A DNA stretch of 64,000 nucleotides from an uncultured virus (IMG/VR IMGVR_UViG_3300042559_001081) (taxonomy: Duplodnaviria > Heunggongvirae > Uroviricota > Caudoviricetes), in IMG/VR virus record IMGVR_UViG_3300042559_001081, positions 1-64,000 of that record; one strand, 5' to 3'. The translations under genes and the position numbers were made by a program. Positions 55,239 to 64,000 of the stretch are shown piece after piece; position 1 is the stretch's first letter, and every line of letters starts with the position of its first letter. The notes beneath the pieces were generated by a model. The model searched no databases. It was given only the letters and a program-made list of their open reading frames with translations, and was not told the origin of the DNA.

Positions 55239-56448
55239 TTTGTTTTACCTTAGTTGCCCAATTTGCTAATTCTGGATTATAATCATAAATGTTAAATCCT
55301 CTTAGAGAATTAATATAATCGATCCATCGCAATGCATGAGAATTGTCTTCATCAGTTGCCGAATATTTTAAAGTCTTTAATCTTTCTGTTCTTTCAAAAA
55401 TTATAGGATTTTTTAAATATTCTGTATTGTTAAAAAAATCATTTACTAATCTATCTATGTCGTTTTGTGGAACGATACTATATGCAGAATACTTTGGAAG
55501 AAAAACATAGTAATAAGCAAATACATCTACTAATCCTGTTTTTAACAACTCGTTTGCTGATTCCTTAAGAGTCCATAATGTATAGAGTGAAACTGTACTA
55601 CTTGCTATAACTCTTTTTCCTGTTCTTCTTAAATATGTTTCCATATTTTCAAGTGTTTGTTCATAAGGAGTACTACGTATCCATTCGTAGATTTTTCCTG
55701 TGCCGTCAAGACTTGCAGTAACTAATAATTCAACATTGGGATTTTTATTTAACTTTTCTAAAATGTCCCAAATTTCTTCTGTAATTACTGCCCAATTAGA
55801 AACAATTAAAATACGCATTTCGTATTTTTTATCTACAATTTCTTTTAAAACTCTTATATTTCTTGGATCTGCAAAGGGCTCGCCCCCTTTAATAAGTAAA
55901 AACTTAATCGACGGTAACACTTCTAAAATCTTTTTCATGTCGTCGTCGGTGGCCTGGAAAGCCTTTGTATGTAAGTTTGATAATCCAGAATTTTCTCTAA
56001 ATTCTAAACCTTCTTTTTTTGCACGTTTATCTAGTCCTATCCATTTACTGCTATAGATACTTCCGCACATAGCACAGCTTTGATTACATAAGTTACTTGG
56101 AGTATACTCTAGTGATAAAATTTGCTTTCTCGAAGAATTAAAATTTTCATCCGACCAAGGAAGATTAACATAATGATCGTTGTCTATATGGGCAGGAATT
56201 CCATTTTCTCTATTGTCTTTGCAAGCTACACATGCACTTGGCCATTCACCTTTTTTAAATTTATTACGAATGCCATTTATTATGTCATTGTTGTAATAGT
56301 CAGTTAATGATGCTACCTCGCTAATATATGACCCGTGTTTTTTGCCAACTGTGCATAATTTTAAATCTCCCAATGGACCAATGTTAAGTTGGCTCCACGG
56401 GGCTTTACACATCATCGGTCTACGAGATTGATATTCTTTATCAGACAT
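55228..56448 (-). CDS. Radical SAM protein, family A
   Basis: CKAPW..LCT..CVAC; CNQSCAMC, KGGEP; start moved to MSDKEY after SD GGGGA. Confidence 0.9.
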   Translation of the reverse strand: MSDKEYQSRRPMMCKAPWSQLNIGPLGDLKLCTVGKKHGSYISEVASLTDYYNNDIINGIRNKFKKGEWPSACVACKDNRENGIPAHIDNDHYVNLPWSDENFNSSRKQILSLEYTPSNLCNQSCAMCGSIYSSKWIGLDKRAKKEGLEFRENSGLSNLHTKAFQATDDDMKKILEVLPSIKFLLIKGGEPFADPRNIRVLKEIVDKKYEMRILIVSNWAVITEEIWDILEKLNKNPNVELLVTASLDGTGKIYEWIRSTPYEQTLENMETYLRRTGKRVIASSTVSLYTLWTLKESANELLKTGLVDVFAYYYVFLPKYSAYSIVPQNDIDRLVNDFFNNTEYLKNPIIFERTERLKTLKYSATDEDNSHALRWIDYINSLRGFNIYDYNPELANWATKVKQNAR

Positions 56449-57322
56449 TATATCCCCTTGCGTCAAATCTATTATCAACTAGCATTCTTAAAGGAGTTCT
56501 AACACTTACAAAAGTTCCATTATGAGATGCAATATTTATAGAATCAGTTTCTTCTAATTTAAAATCTTTGCAAACTTTTGTATATTCTTTATTATAATTT
56601 TTCCACCAAAAGTCCGAGCCAAACCTGTCTATCATATTACACCCAATCCACATGTCGCTTACGTTATTATATCCAAAGTTATTCATAATATTTATAGGAC
56701 CATCGATTTGTTCTTTACTGTATCGAACACCAATTCTTTGAGATCCCATCGAAAAGGCTTTACTTAGGCTAATTGAAAACGTCTTGATAGCAGAATGTGA
56801 CAAATCTATATCAATGTTTTTACACTGTCCTAGCCATGCTGCATCTATGTGAACGTCGATAGAGTTTTTGTAACAAAAGTCTAAGAGTCGATCTATGTCG
56901 GGTATATTCCCTGCTGTTTTAACAGAAGGATAAGAAATAACTAGAACTGATCCTGACGGTATTGCAGAATAATGTGTTACTTTTAAAATTTTTGGATTTA
57001 ATCTCCAATGATATGCATACTCGCCTTCGAATATTACTAACTTATTACTGTATCTGTAATGCAGTTCGTCTATTTGCTGTGAAACACCTAATATAGCATC
57101 AGTAAATTTAAAAGACTCTAAATTTTTAATATTATTTAATTTAGAATTTTTAATCCAAGCTGTAACTTTTTCTATAAAGTATTTTGTATATTGATTGCTA
57201 TCTGTTGGATATTCTTTCATATCTAGAGAATCTCGAAACCCAATAATTTTACCAACTAACATAGGAGGAATTCTAGATGTTAAAAACTTTTCTACACTTA
57301 AGTTATTATAATCCATATACAT
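56441..57322 (-). CDS. PLP-dependent enzyme (fold I aminotransferase/decarboxylase-like)
   Basis: HIDAAW, SLSKAF, RIG. Confidence 0.75.
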   Translation of the reverse strand: MYMDYNNLSVEKFLTSRIPPMLVGKIIGFRDSLDMKEYPTDSNQYTKYFIEKVTAWIKNSKLNNIKNLESFKFTDAILGVSQQIDELHYRYSNKLVIFEGEYAYHWRLNPKILKVTHYSAIPSGSVLVISYPSVKTAGNIPDIDRLLDFCYKNSIDVHIDAAWLGQCKNIDIDLSHSAIKTFSISLSKAFSMGSQRIGVRYSKEQIDGPINIMNNFGYNNVSDMWIGCNMIDRFGSDFWWKNYNKEYTKVCKDFKLEETDSINIASHNGTFVSVRTPLRMLVDNRFDARGYNV

Positions 57323-58673
57323 CGCCTTTTAACAATGCCCATGTTTTTTCGCATACATCTTTTAGTTTTTCTTTTCTTGACTTATCTAATGTATTTGTAT
57401 AATACCAAAACTTTTCTAAATCTTTAGAATGATCTTCTGAGTTCATAAATTTTATATATTGATCTAATATCTTACAAAAATACTTAAAGTTTTCCGATTT
57501 TTCTTTTTCGGTTAAATCTAGCAACGAAATCTCTGCTTTAGCTTCAATCTTTTTTTGTTCAAAGTAATTTTCTATCCACTGCTTACTTTCTTTTGGAAAT
57601 ATTTGAATATTTAAGAACTTTGGATTATGTAAAGGATGCGGACTTATTACCGGCTTGTGTTGCACCTCAACATTAATTCTTTTAAATTTTTGTTTGATTT
57701 TCCAAAGCATCATATCAGGCAAGTGAACTAGATTATATGCTTGTATAGTAGCAGCCCACCATATTTTAAAATCTCCTTCAGCAGCGTCTAATTTTCGCAT
57801 ATTTTCTTCTATCTTGTGCCATTTGCTAGGATTTCTTATATAATCGTTTATTGGTCCTACAGCATCAACACTCATTCCAATTTGTATACGTTCAAAATGC
57901 TTCCAAATATTCCAAGCACGTTCTGGAATATTAGTAATATTTGTATTGTATTCTATCACAATAGATTTAGATCTTCCGGCATCTATGCACTTTTGTAAAA
58001 ACTCGTAATGTTGGTCTATTAATAAAGGTTCCCCTCCAACGATGTATAATCGTTCTATTGTAGGAATTTCTTGTTCCATTTCCTTCCAAAAAGCAGGCTT
58101 TTCGTACCAAGAATAGATATCAACTTCGGGTTTATGCTTTCCGTTTGCTGTTTTTATTAATTTTACAGTTTGCCCGCTATCTTTATATTGATTTCCCCAA
58201 AGCAATACGTTGTCATCGTACCACTGACTGCTATCTGTAGGCCCACACATTCTACATTTTAAATTGCAAAGATTTCCAAAACGAAGATCCATGTATTTTA
58301 TAGGATTTTCTTCTAAATCAATTGATCCATCTTGCTTCGTTTTTGATATGGCATCTTCTTTATTAATTACATGAGCCCATATATCTCTTTCCCAACTAGC
58401 TCTACTTTCCATTCCTGATTCTGCTTCACGTTTACATCTAATGCATGATTCGTGATATTCATTATTTAACATAGCTAATCTAACTTCTTTCATTAGATTG
58501 CTGTTTCTAAATCCGTGTATAGTTTCAGTTGATAGGTTGTAATTCGATCCTGTTTCTGTTTTTACTAATCCCTGATTAATACTAACATTTGCATTACAAC
58601 ATATTCTTACATCGCCGTTATTTCTTACATTTAAACTCATCCACGGCAGTGGACAAAATGCGTTATTTTCCAT
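57306..58673 (-). CDS. Radical SAM protein, family A
   Basis: FCPLPW..ICC..CIRC; CNLKCRMC, VGGEP. Confidence 0.92.
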   Translation of the reverse strand: MENNAFCPLPWMSLNVRNNGDVRICCNANVSINQGLVKTETGSNYNLSTETIHGFRNSNLMKEVRLAMLNNEYHESCIRCKREAESGMESRASWERDIWAHVINKEDAISKTKQDGSIDLEENPIKYMDLRFGNLCNLKCRMCGPTDSSQWYDDNVLLWGNQYKDSGQTVKLIKTANGKHKPEVDIYSWYEKPAFWKEMEQEIPTIERLYIVGGEPLLIDQHYEFLQKCIDAGRSKSIVIEYNTNITNIPERAWNIWKHFERIQIGMSVDAVGPINDYIRNPSKWHKIEENMRKLDAAEGDFKIWWAATIQAYNLVHLPDMMLWKIKQKFKRINVEVQHKPVISPHPLHNPKFLNIQIFPKESKQWIENYFEQKKIEAKAEISLLDLTEKEKSENFKYFCKILDQYIKFMNSEDHSKDLEKFWYYTNTLDKSRKEKLKDVCEKTWALLKGDVYGL

Positions 58674-58687
58674 TTATAAATCCTATA

Positions 58688-59737
58688 TTAAGAAAGTTGC
58701 TTATCGTTTTTATTTTTTCCATGTCCGCTACTAAACTCAAATTTTTTGCCACAAGTTCTACCGCATGTATATATTCTTTTAAATGTATCGTCTTGATTAT
58801 TCCAGGAATTGTGTAAATATGAATTAAAAAAGTCATGTTTTAGTACATCCCAACCGTGTATTCTCATATCATTAAAACTTTCCCCATAAAGATTTTTTAT
58901 ATGATCAAAGCTAGGTTGTTGTTTGTTTTTATGATGGAAGTAACTTGGGGCCCCAAGCCAACAACACGGCCAAAGTTTCATCGTCATATCAACAAAAACA
59001 GTTTTATCAATTTTATATTTACAGCTAATCGGTGTTGTTAAAACATAATTTTCAAAATCTTTAATTGAATCTTTATCTTTCTTGTTATGATTAGTAGGAG
59101 TATCCTCAACAACGTTGCCTTTTTTTGTAACAGTATTTTTTTGATCTTGATCTGCAAAACGAGCAGTATATTTAACTGTGAATTTTTTAAATCCAAGACT
59201 GTTTGCTAAGTTTTGTGCTTGTTCAATTTGATGATAGTTGTGTTGAAACTCTATAAATGCCCATTCTGCATGGCCCCCGGCCGAAATAAATGCTTCTGCA
59301 TTTTTAATTATTTTATTAAAATCACTACCAACTCTGTATAATTGATTTGTGTCTTCTAATCCGTCAATACTAAAAATAATTGACAACTTTTCTGCTGACT
59401 TTTTGGCTAATTCTGCCCACCATTCTGGCTTACGCATACTTCCATTTGTTGCAATTCTTACATGCTTTACATTTTTTGTTAAGCAATATTCATGAGCTGC
59501 GTCAAAGGTAGGACTTGCAATCACATCGCCGTAATTTCCGCAATGAAAGATTGTTACCTGATTCTCTTTGAAAGGTTGCAAAATTATCTCATAGTCTGAT
59601 ACAGTTAGATCAGTTATTGGCATGCTAGGATTTAATGTATTGTTAAACATCCTAGCACATTGAGGACATGCACAATTACATCTACTTGTATGATCTATTT
59701 GTATTTTTTGAATTTCTTCTAAATTTAAATAGTTCAC
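58688..59737 (-). CDS. Radical SAM protein, family B
   Basis: CNCACPQC, CGNYGD; ISC...WPCC...CGRTC. Confidence 0.9.
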   Translation of the reverse strand: MNYLNLEEIQKIQIDHTSRCNCACPQCARMFNNTLNPSMPITDLTVSDYEIILQPFKENQVTIFHCGNYGDVIASPTFDAAHEYCLTKNVKHVRIATNGSMRKPEWWAELAKKSAEKLSIIFSIDGLEDTNQLYRVGSDFNKIIKNAEAFISAGGHAEWAFIEFQHNYHQIEQAQNLANSLGFKKFTVKYTARFADQDQKNTVTKKGNVVEDTPTNHNKKDKDSIKDFENYVLTTPISCKYKIDKTVFVDMTMKLWPCCWLGAPSYFHHKNKQQPSFDHIKNLYGESFNDMRIHGWDVLKHDFFNSYLHNSWNNQDDTFKRIYTCGRTCGKKFEFSSGHGKNKNDKQLS

Positions 59738-60387
59738 AGTCTATCAAATCCCCATCGACGTTCAGCACAAAACCAGCAATTACCACAATGTTTTTCAAAG
59801 TTGTCAGTGTATTTCTCACAACTTCTAGTCATAGGAAATAATGTATCAAAGACATTAAAATAACGGTACAATTCTGCTACATCTCTTTTATTAAAGTTAA
59901 TCAATGGATGACATGCCGTTCCTTCGTAGATGTTTTTTAGTCTTTCTCTGTCTGGTGGATCAGTCCATCCTCGCCAATATACACTTCTCGGTATTGCGTT
60001 TTTTGGAGGATTTTGTGTTATTCCAGCAAAATGAAATTGAATTTTATTGTTTTTATATAAGTTATTAGTTAATAGTTGTTGTGTTTTAATATAATTTTCA
60101 TCTTCTGGCAAAGGGCTATATGCTGTCTCGTGTTCCAAAAAAATATCGCCAAACTCTTTTTTATAAAACTCGACTATTTTTTTAGCAAACTGAATTTGAA
60201 AAGCTTTGCCTTCTTGATCAACAGTTATTGGAACAATTTTTAAGTCAGGCCTTTCTTCAACTACATATTTAGATAGTATGTATCCTGTAATTGCACTATC
60301 TGCACCCCCTGAGATTTTTAATCCCACAGATGAAACATTATTAAAAACTACAATATTTAGATTGTGTTTGCTATGAGGAATTATCAT
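59734..60387 (-). CDS. QueC-like PP-loop ATPase, paralog 3
   Basis: SGGADS, TQNPP, TRSCE, CGNCWFCAERRWG. Confidence 0.8.
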   Translation of the reverse strand: MIIPHSKHNLNIVVFNNVSSVGLKISGGADSAITGYILSKYVVEERPDLKIVPITVDQEGKAFQIQFAKKIVEFYKKEFGDIFLEHETAYSPLPEDENYIKTQQLLTNNLYKNNKIQFHFAGITQNPPKNAIPRSVYWRGWTDPPDRERLKNIYEGTACHPLINFNKRDVAELYRYFNVFDTLFPMTRSCEKYTDNFEKHCGNCWFCAERRWGFDRL

Positions 60388-61799
60388 TGTAAAATCTCGG
60401 TAAAGATAGGAAAAACTTTTAAAAATTTATCTTCCCATTGTCGTTGTTTGTTAATAAGAGATATGTATTCTTTTGTTTCTGGTAATCTTTCCGACCAATC
60501 TTCACTGTTCATAAAATTTATAATACCTTTGAATCTTTTAATTCCGTAAGGATTTTCTAAAAACTGTTCTTTAGAAATGTTGTTTTCTTTTACTCCAGTA
60601 AACTGTTGCCAATTGTCTTCTATCCATGGATAAAAATCGTTTTCGTATTTGTCTGTAATTTGTTTTTTAACATTTTTCGGCAATACTTTTACATTTAATT
60701 GAGGAGGCCAGTACGCAAAGTGCATGTTTATGCCGCCGGCTCCTAGTGGCCAAGAATTTATCTTTTTAAAACCTTGTTGAGTTTTCCATTTTACAAACTC
60801 CGGTATATAAGCAATATTAAGAGCCATTATAGTAGTTGCCGTTGTTACTTCAACTTGAGGTGCAGTATTGTCTAGTTTCCAAAACACTTCTTCCTGGTGT
60901 TGCCACTGACTAGGATATCGAATATAATCATTGTGTTCTCCGTGTGCATCTATACTATAATGAAATCTAACACGTTTAAACTCTGCCCATAGATCAAATA
61001 AATCACTACGCCATTCAACTGCATTGCTATTGTAACGTAACTCTATATTCTTTGCATACCCACGTCTAATGCATTCTTCTAATAGATCATAATGTTCATC
61101 TATAATAAGACTTTCGCCTCCGGCAAAGTATAGTTGATACATATGAGGAATTTGTTCAAACAAGTCTTGCCAGAATTTTGGATTATTTTTATGCCAATTA
61201 TAGCTAGCACCGTGTACTCTGCCTTTATTTTCCCACTGACTAGTACCTTTTAATCTTTCATTTGTTATTTGAGGGTACAAAGAATTCCATTCTTTTACCC
61301 AGCCGCTCGAATCGTGAGGACTACACATTACACAAGCAAGCTGACACTTTGTACCCATACGCAAGTCAATATACCGTATTTTCGGGGGTATAGAACCGTC
61401 AGCGGCAGTTTCATTAACTAATTCTTGTAGGTCAAAGCGGCTTGCCCAATAATCGGTTTCCCAATTTCTTTTACTAAGATGTCCAGCTTCTTCTTCTTTG
61501 TAACACTTTAGACAACTAGCAGGCTTTTCGCCACGAAGCATCATCTTACGAACATTACGCATATATCCGCTGTTCCATGCTTCTTCTAGGCTAGTATGAT
61601 TAAAATTAGCAGGAACGCCCGAGTCGTTCTTTACGACTCCAACTTCGCCACCACCGATTTTGTTACTGCTGTCTGGATCTTGAACACTGCTGGCGTTACT
61701 TGTGCAACATGTTCGCATTTTTCCATCCGGTCTACTTGATAAGTGTAGCCACGGCAATGCACAAAAGGTAGGCGAAATATGATTGTATTTTTCTGACAT
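60384..61799 (-). CDS. Radical SAM protein, family A
   Basis: FCALPW..TCC..CLKC; CQLACVMC, AGGES. Confidence 0.92.
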   Translation of the reverse strand: MSEKYNHISPTFCALPWLHLSSRPDGKMRTCCTSNASSVQDPDSSNKIGGGEVGVVKNDSGVPANFNHTSLEEAWNSGYMRNVRKMMLRGEKPASCLKCYKEEEAGHLSKRNWETDYWASRFDLQELVNETAADGSIPPKIRYIDLRMGTKCQLACVMCSPHDSSGWVKEWNSLYPQITNERLKGTSQWENKGRVHGASYNWHKNNPKFWQDLFEQIPHMYQLYFAGGESLIIDEHYDLLEECIRRGYAKNIELRYNSNAVEWRSDLFDLWAEFKRVRFHYSIDAHGEHNDYIRYPSQWQHQEEVFWKLDNTAPQVEVTTATTIMALNIAYIPEFVKWKTQQGFKKINSWPLGAGGINMHFAYWPPQLNVKVLPKNVKKQITDKYENDFYPWIEDNWQQFTGVKENNISKEQFLENPYGIKRFKGIINFMNSEDWSERLPETKEYISLINKQRQWEDKFLKVFPIFTEILQ

Positions 61800-61804
61800 G
61801 TTAA

Positions 61805-61812
61805 TACTTATT
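61805..61812 (-). promoter_or_regulatory. Late-type promoter AATAAGTA, 5 nt before ATG 61799 (leaderless)
   Basis: Minus strand AATAAGTA-TTAAC-ATG; no SD. Confidence 0.55.
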
Positions 61813-62887
61813 TAAACTGTTCTGCAAAAGGATCAAACTCGATACCACATTTCATAGCACAAACTTTTAATTTTCCATTTTCGTAACTGTTTTCATGCCA
61901 CGACGCTTCTATAAGATCAAAAATTTCTGTAGAAAATACACGTTCTAAACCATGTATCTTAGCATTTATTGCATCTTTGCCGCCGGCAAAATTAATAAAT
62001 TGCCATATTTGTTCTTGTTTAGGATCTTTTTGCCACCATTTGTACATTCGACCAGCAGTCCAACAACAAGGCATTGCTATCCCTTCTGCTGTAATAAACA
62101 AACTGCCTTCGTCTTTTACCTTGCATCTGATAGGAGTTTGTTGATAGTAAGCATCCATGCTTCCGTATTTTATTTCTAACAATGTTTGCTTCTTTAATGC
62201 ATTGTTTACATATTTGTCATCGGGCTTTTTAAGTTCGGTTGTTTGATTACCTTTTCGATCAATTGCTTGGTGTGATTCTTTTTTCTTGCTATCTTGCGTA
62301 ATAAATCTACCAGTTTTTTTAGCAACAAACTTTTCAAAGCCTAATTCCTTTGACAACGCTTCTGCGTCTTCGACCTGATGTTGGTTATGTTCAAATATTA
62401 AAAAATCCCAACGTGCTCTGCCGCCGGCTGCAATAAATGCTCGCATACTACGTTCGACTATATTCCAGTTAACACCTTGACGATACAAATGATTTGTATC
62501 ACCGAGTCCGTCTACACTAAAAATAACAGTACCTGCTCTTCCAAGTATAGTTGCAAGTTCTTGCCACCATTCGGGATCACGGGCGCCAGCATTTGTATTC
62601 ATGCTTAACCACATCTTAGGATTATTTTGTCTAAAATAGCGAAATATTTCTAGTGTGTCTCGAGCAACAATTGGATCTCCTAAATTACCGCACATATACA
62701 TGGTGTTTAGCTGTGCTATAAATTCCGGTGTGAATATTTTTTTACAATCATCGAGTGTTAGTTCACTTAAATCTATATGAGGATTTAGTGCTCCGCCGTT
62801 TTGATTACGGTCACACATAGGGCAACTAGCTTGACAGTTTTGTGTTACTTCTAAGTGTATGGTTTTTATATCTTTATATTCATACAT
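61808..62887 (-). CDS. Radical SAM protein, family B
   Basis: CQASCPMC, CGNLGDP; IRC...MPCC...CAMKC. Confidence 0.92.
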   Translation of the reverse strand: MYEYKDIKTIHLEVTQNCQASCPMCDRNQNGGALNPHIDLSELTLDDCKKIFTPEFIAQLNTMYMCGNLGDPIVARDTLEIFRYFRQNNPKMWLSMNTNAGARDPEWWQELATILGRAGTVIFSVDGLGDTNHLYRQGVNWNIVERSMRAFIAAGGRARWDFLIFEHNQHQVEDAEALSKELGFEKFVAKKTGRFITQDSKKKESHQAIDRKGNQTTELKKPDDKYVNNALKKQTLLEIKYGSMDAYYQQTPIRCKVKDEGSLFITAEGIAMPCCWTAGRMYKWWQKDPKQEQIWQFINFAGGKDAINAKIHGLERVFSTEIFDLIEASWHENSYENGKLKVCAMKCGIEFDPFAEQFK

Positions 62888-63107
62888 CGTATATTAACTC
62901 TACATCCTTTCCTGGACCTATTTTACTAGGAAGATCACCGTATTGCTCTATGTACCATTTAATTACAGCTATATACCAATTTTGACTATTATGATGTGCC
63001 TGTTTATTAAATTGAAAAATATTATTATTAGTTGCTTGTATTGTGCTTAACGCACGGGCACTTTCTTTTTGTAAATCTCTTAAACTTAACTTTGTTAAAT
63101 CATTCAT
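62880..63107 (-). CDS. Small hypothetical protein in the island
   Basis: Overlaps both neighbours; SD GGAG absent but ATGA-coupled. Confidence 0.65.
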   Translation of the reverse strand: MNDLTKLSLRDLQKESARALSTIQATNNNIFQFNKQAHHNSQNWYIAVIKWYIEQYGDLPSKIGPGKDVELIYDV

Positions 63108-63787
63108 TCTAATTCTAACATCCCATTAATGTTTTTAATGCCTTCGCTTGAAAAATTAAACATTCTTTCATTAAAAATTTCTTGTAGTTTGTCTTTATTT
63201 AAAACGTTTATTATTTTATATGGAGTTTTTCCAGGTTCGAATGTAGGACGTGGCGGAGAATCTTCAAATGGTAAATTTAATTTTTTATAATCAGTATAAC
63301 TATCAAAAGAAAGATCTTCAAAATAAATTATGTCGTTATGAATGTTATTTTTTTTTAATTCAGCAAACTTTGTCCAAAGATCAATTTTTCTTTCTAAAAC
63401 TTCTGTAAATTGATACTCGTCTATACTAATAGTTGTTTTTTCGTAAGGAAAATCGTTAAAATTTTGTAATTTATTAGCTACAACATGACTAAATGTATTT
63501 TGAAACAGATCTTTTCTTAAAAGAAAGATTTTATACCAAATGTTGTTATTTAAAAAAAATTTAATAGTCTTAGGTCTCTTAATCTCATATATTTGATTTA
63601 AGTGAGTTTTTAATATAACATTTTTATGTAACAAACAGGTTTTAATTATACCTTTTACATACGTGTCTGGCTGTTCAGTCATAAAGGGTTCTGTAAGAAA
63701 AAACGTATTCCTATAAAAATAACGATAGATGGTTCTAGCAAAATAACTACTTCCTGTTCTTGTACTAGATATTATAAGTATTTTCAT
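63104..63787 (-). CDS. Sulfotransferase (Stf0-like)
   Basis: SSTRTGSSYF, LTEPF, LLRKDL...SH, IYFEDL. Confidence 0.7.
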   Translation of the reverse strand: MKILIISSTRTGSSYFARTIYRYFYRNTFFLTEPFMTEQPDTYVKGIIKTCLLHKNVILKTHLNQIYEIKRPKTIKFFLNNNIWYKIFLLRKDLFQNTFSHVVANKLQNFNDFPYEKTTISIDEYQFTEVLERKIDLWTKFAELKKNNIHNDIIYFEDLSFDSYTDYKKLNLPFEDSPPRPTFEPGKTPYKIINVLNKDKLQEIFNERMFNFSSEGIKNINGMLELE

Positions 63788-64000
63788 TATTTTATTCCAA
63801 TTTTCATAAATCTTGTATACTTAGGTAAAACTAATTCACCCTTAAAAAGTGTATTAGTCATAGGTGCTTTTTTATCAAACTCGTCTAAATCTGTTGAACA
63901 ATTAACATGTTCTGCAACTTCAAAATAATTATTTCCTTGTAAAATTACTAATTTTCCTGTTGGAATTTTTTCATACCAATCTTTAAAATTTTCTATATGC
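63787..64000 (-). CDS. Class I SAM methyltransferase-like protein, C-terminal part (truncated by window edge)
   Basis: Manual translation HIENFKDWYEKIPTGKLVILQGNNYF..HVNC...YTRFMKIGIK; TAATG-coupled to the sulfotransferase. Confidence 0.55.
   Translation of the reverse strand, partial: HIENFKDWYEKIPTGKLVILQGNNYFEVAEHVNCSTDLDEFDKKAPMTNTLFKGELVLPKYTRFMKIGIK

Noticed and set aside
1..64000. Stop-codon reassignment as seen in some jumbo phages
   Set aside because: Known enzymes are full length in the standard code, and TAA, TGA and TAG all end genes next to downstream starts
1..64000. tRNA, rRNA, CRISPR array or IS element
   Set aside because: Intergenic gaps are short; no cloverleaf, spaced repeat array or transposase motif was seen by eye
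1..64000. Eukaryotic giant virus or bacterial chromosome origin
   Set aside because: SD sites, sigma70 and T4-late-like promoters, gp43/gp45/RNase H-like genes and dense hypothetical ORFs point to a large bacteriophage

Overview
This window is a 64 kb segment of an AT-rich, large (jumbo-type, T4-superfamily-like) dsDNA bacteriophage. It uses the standard genetic code and has Shine-Dalgarno sites, sigma70-type promoters and a recurring T4-late-like (A/C/T)TAA(A/G)TA motif. Positions 1-40.4 kb are coded entirely on the + strand. That part contains dnaJ-def-clpA, then about 10 small or modular proteins sharing an M-K-h-x-E-h N-terminus (probable internal head proteins, one with a HiPIP domain). 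Next come a family B DNA polymerase and sliding clamp interleaved with sugar-nucleotide enzymes, and a 7-deazaguanine DNA-modification locus (DpdA/TGT-like, QueD-like with LxxxHRHxF, FolE, QueE, plus a glycosyltransferase, epimerase, PRTase, HIT, a nuclease-like ORF and MetK). These are followed by an RNase H/flap nuclease, a MoxR-AAA/VWA pair and a tail-fibre-like gene gated by an RBS-sequestering hairpin. From 37.1 kb to the window end lies a >26 kb strand-switching enzyme island, the main candidate novel system. It holds 14 radical SAM genes in four paralog families (two B12-dependent, six with an N-terminal twitch-like Cys module), three QueC-like and one AsnB-like PP-loop ATPases, homospermidine synthase, a PLP enzyme, two Fe/2OG-like oxygenases, an SDR, a sulfotransferase and methyltransferases. 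All functional calls come from motif recognition by eye; no database searches were run. No tRNA, rRNA, CRISPR array or IS element was seen.
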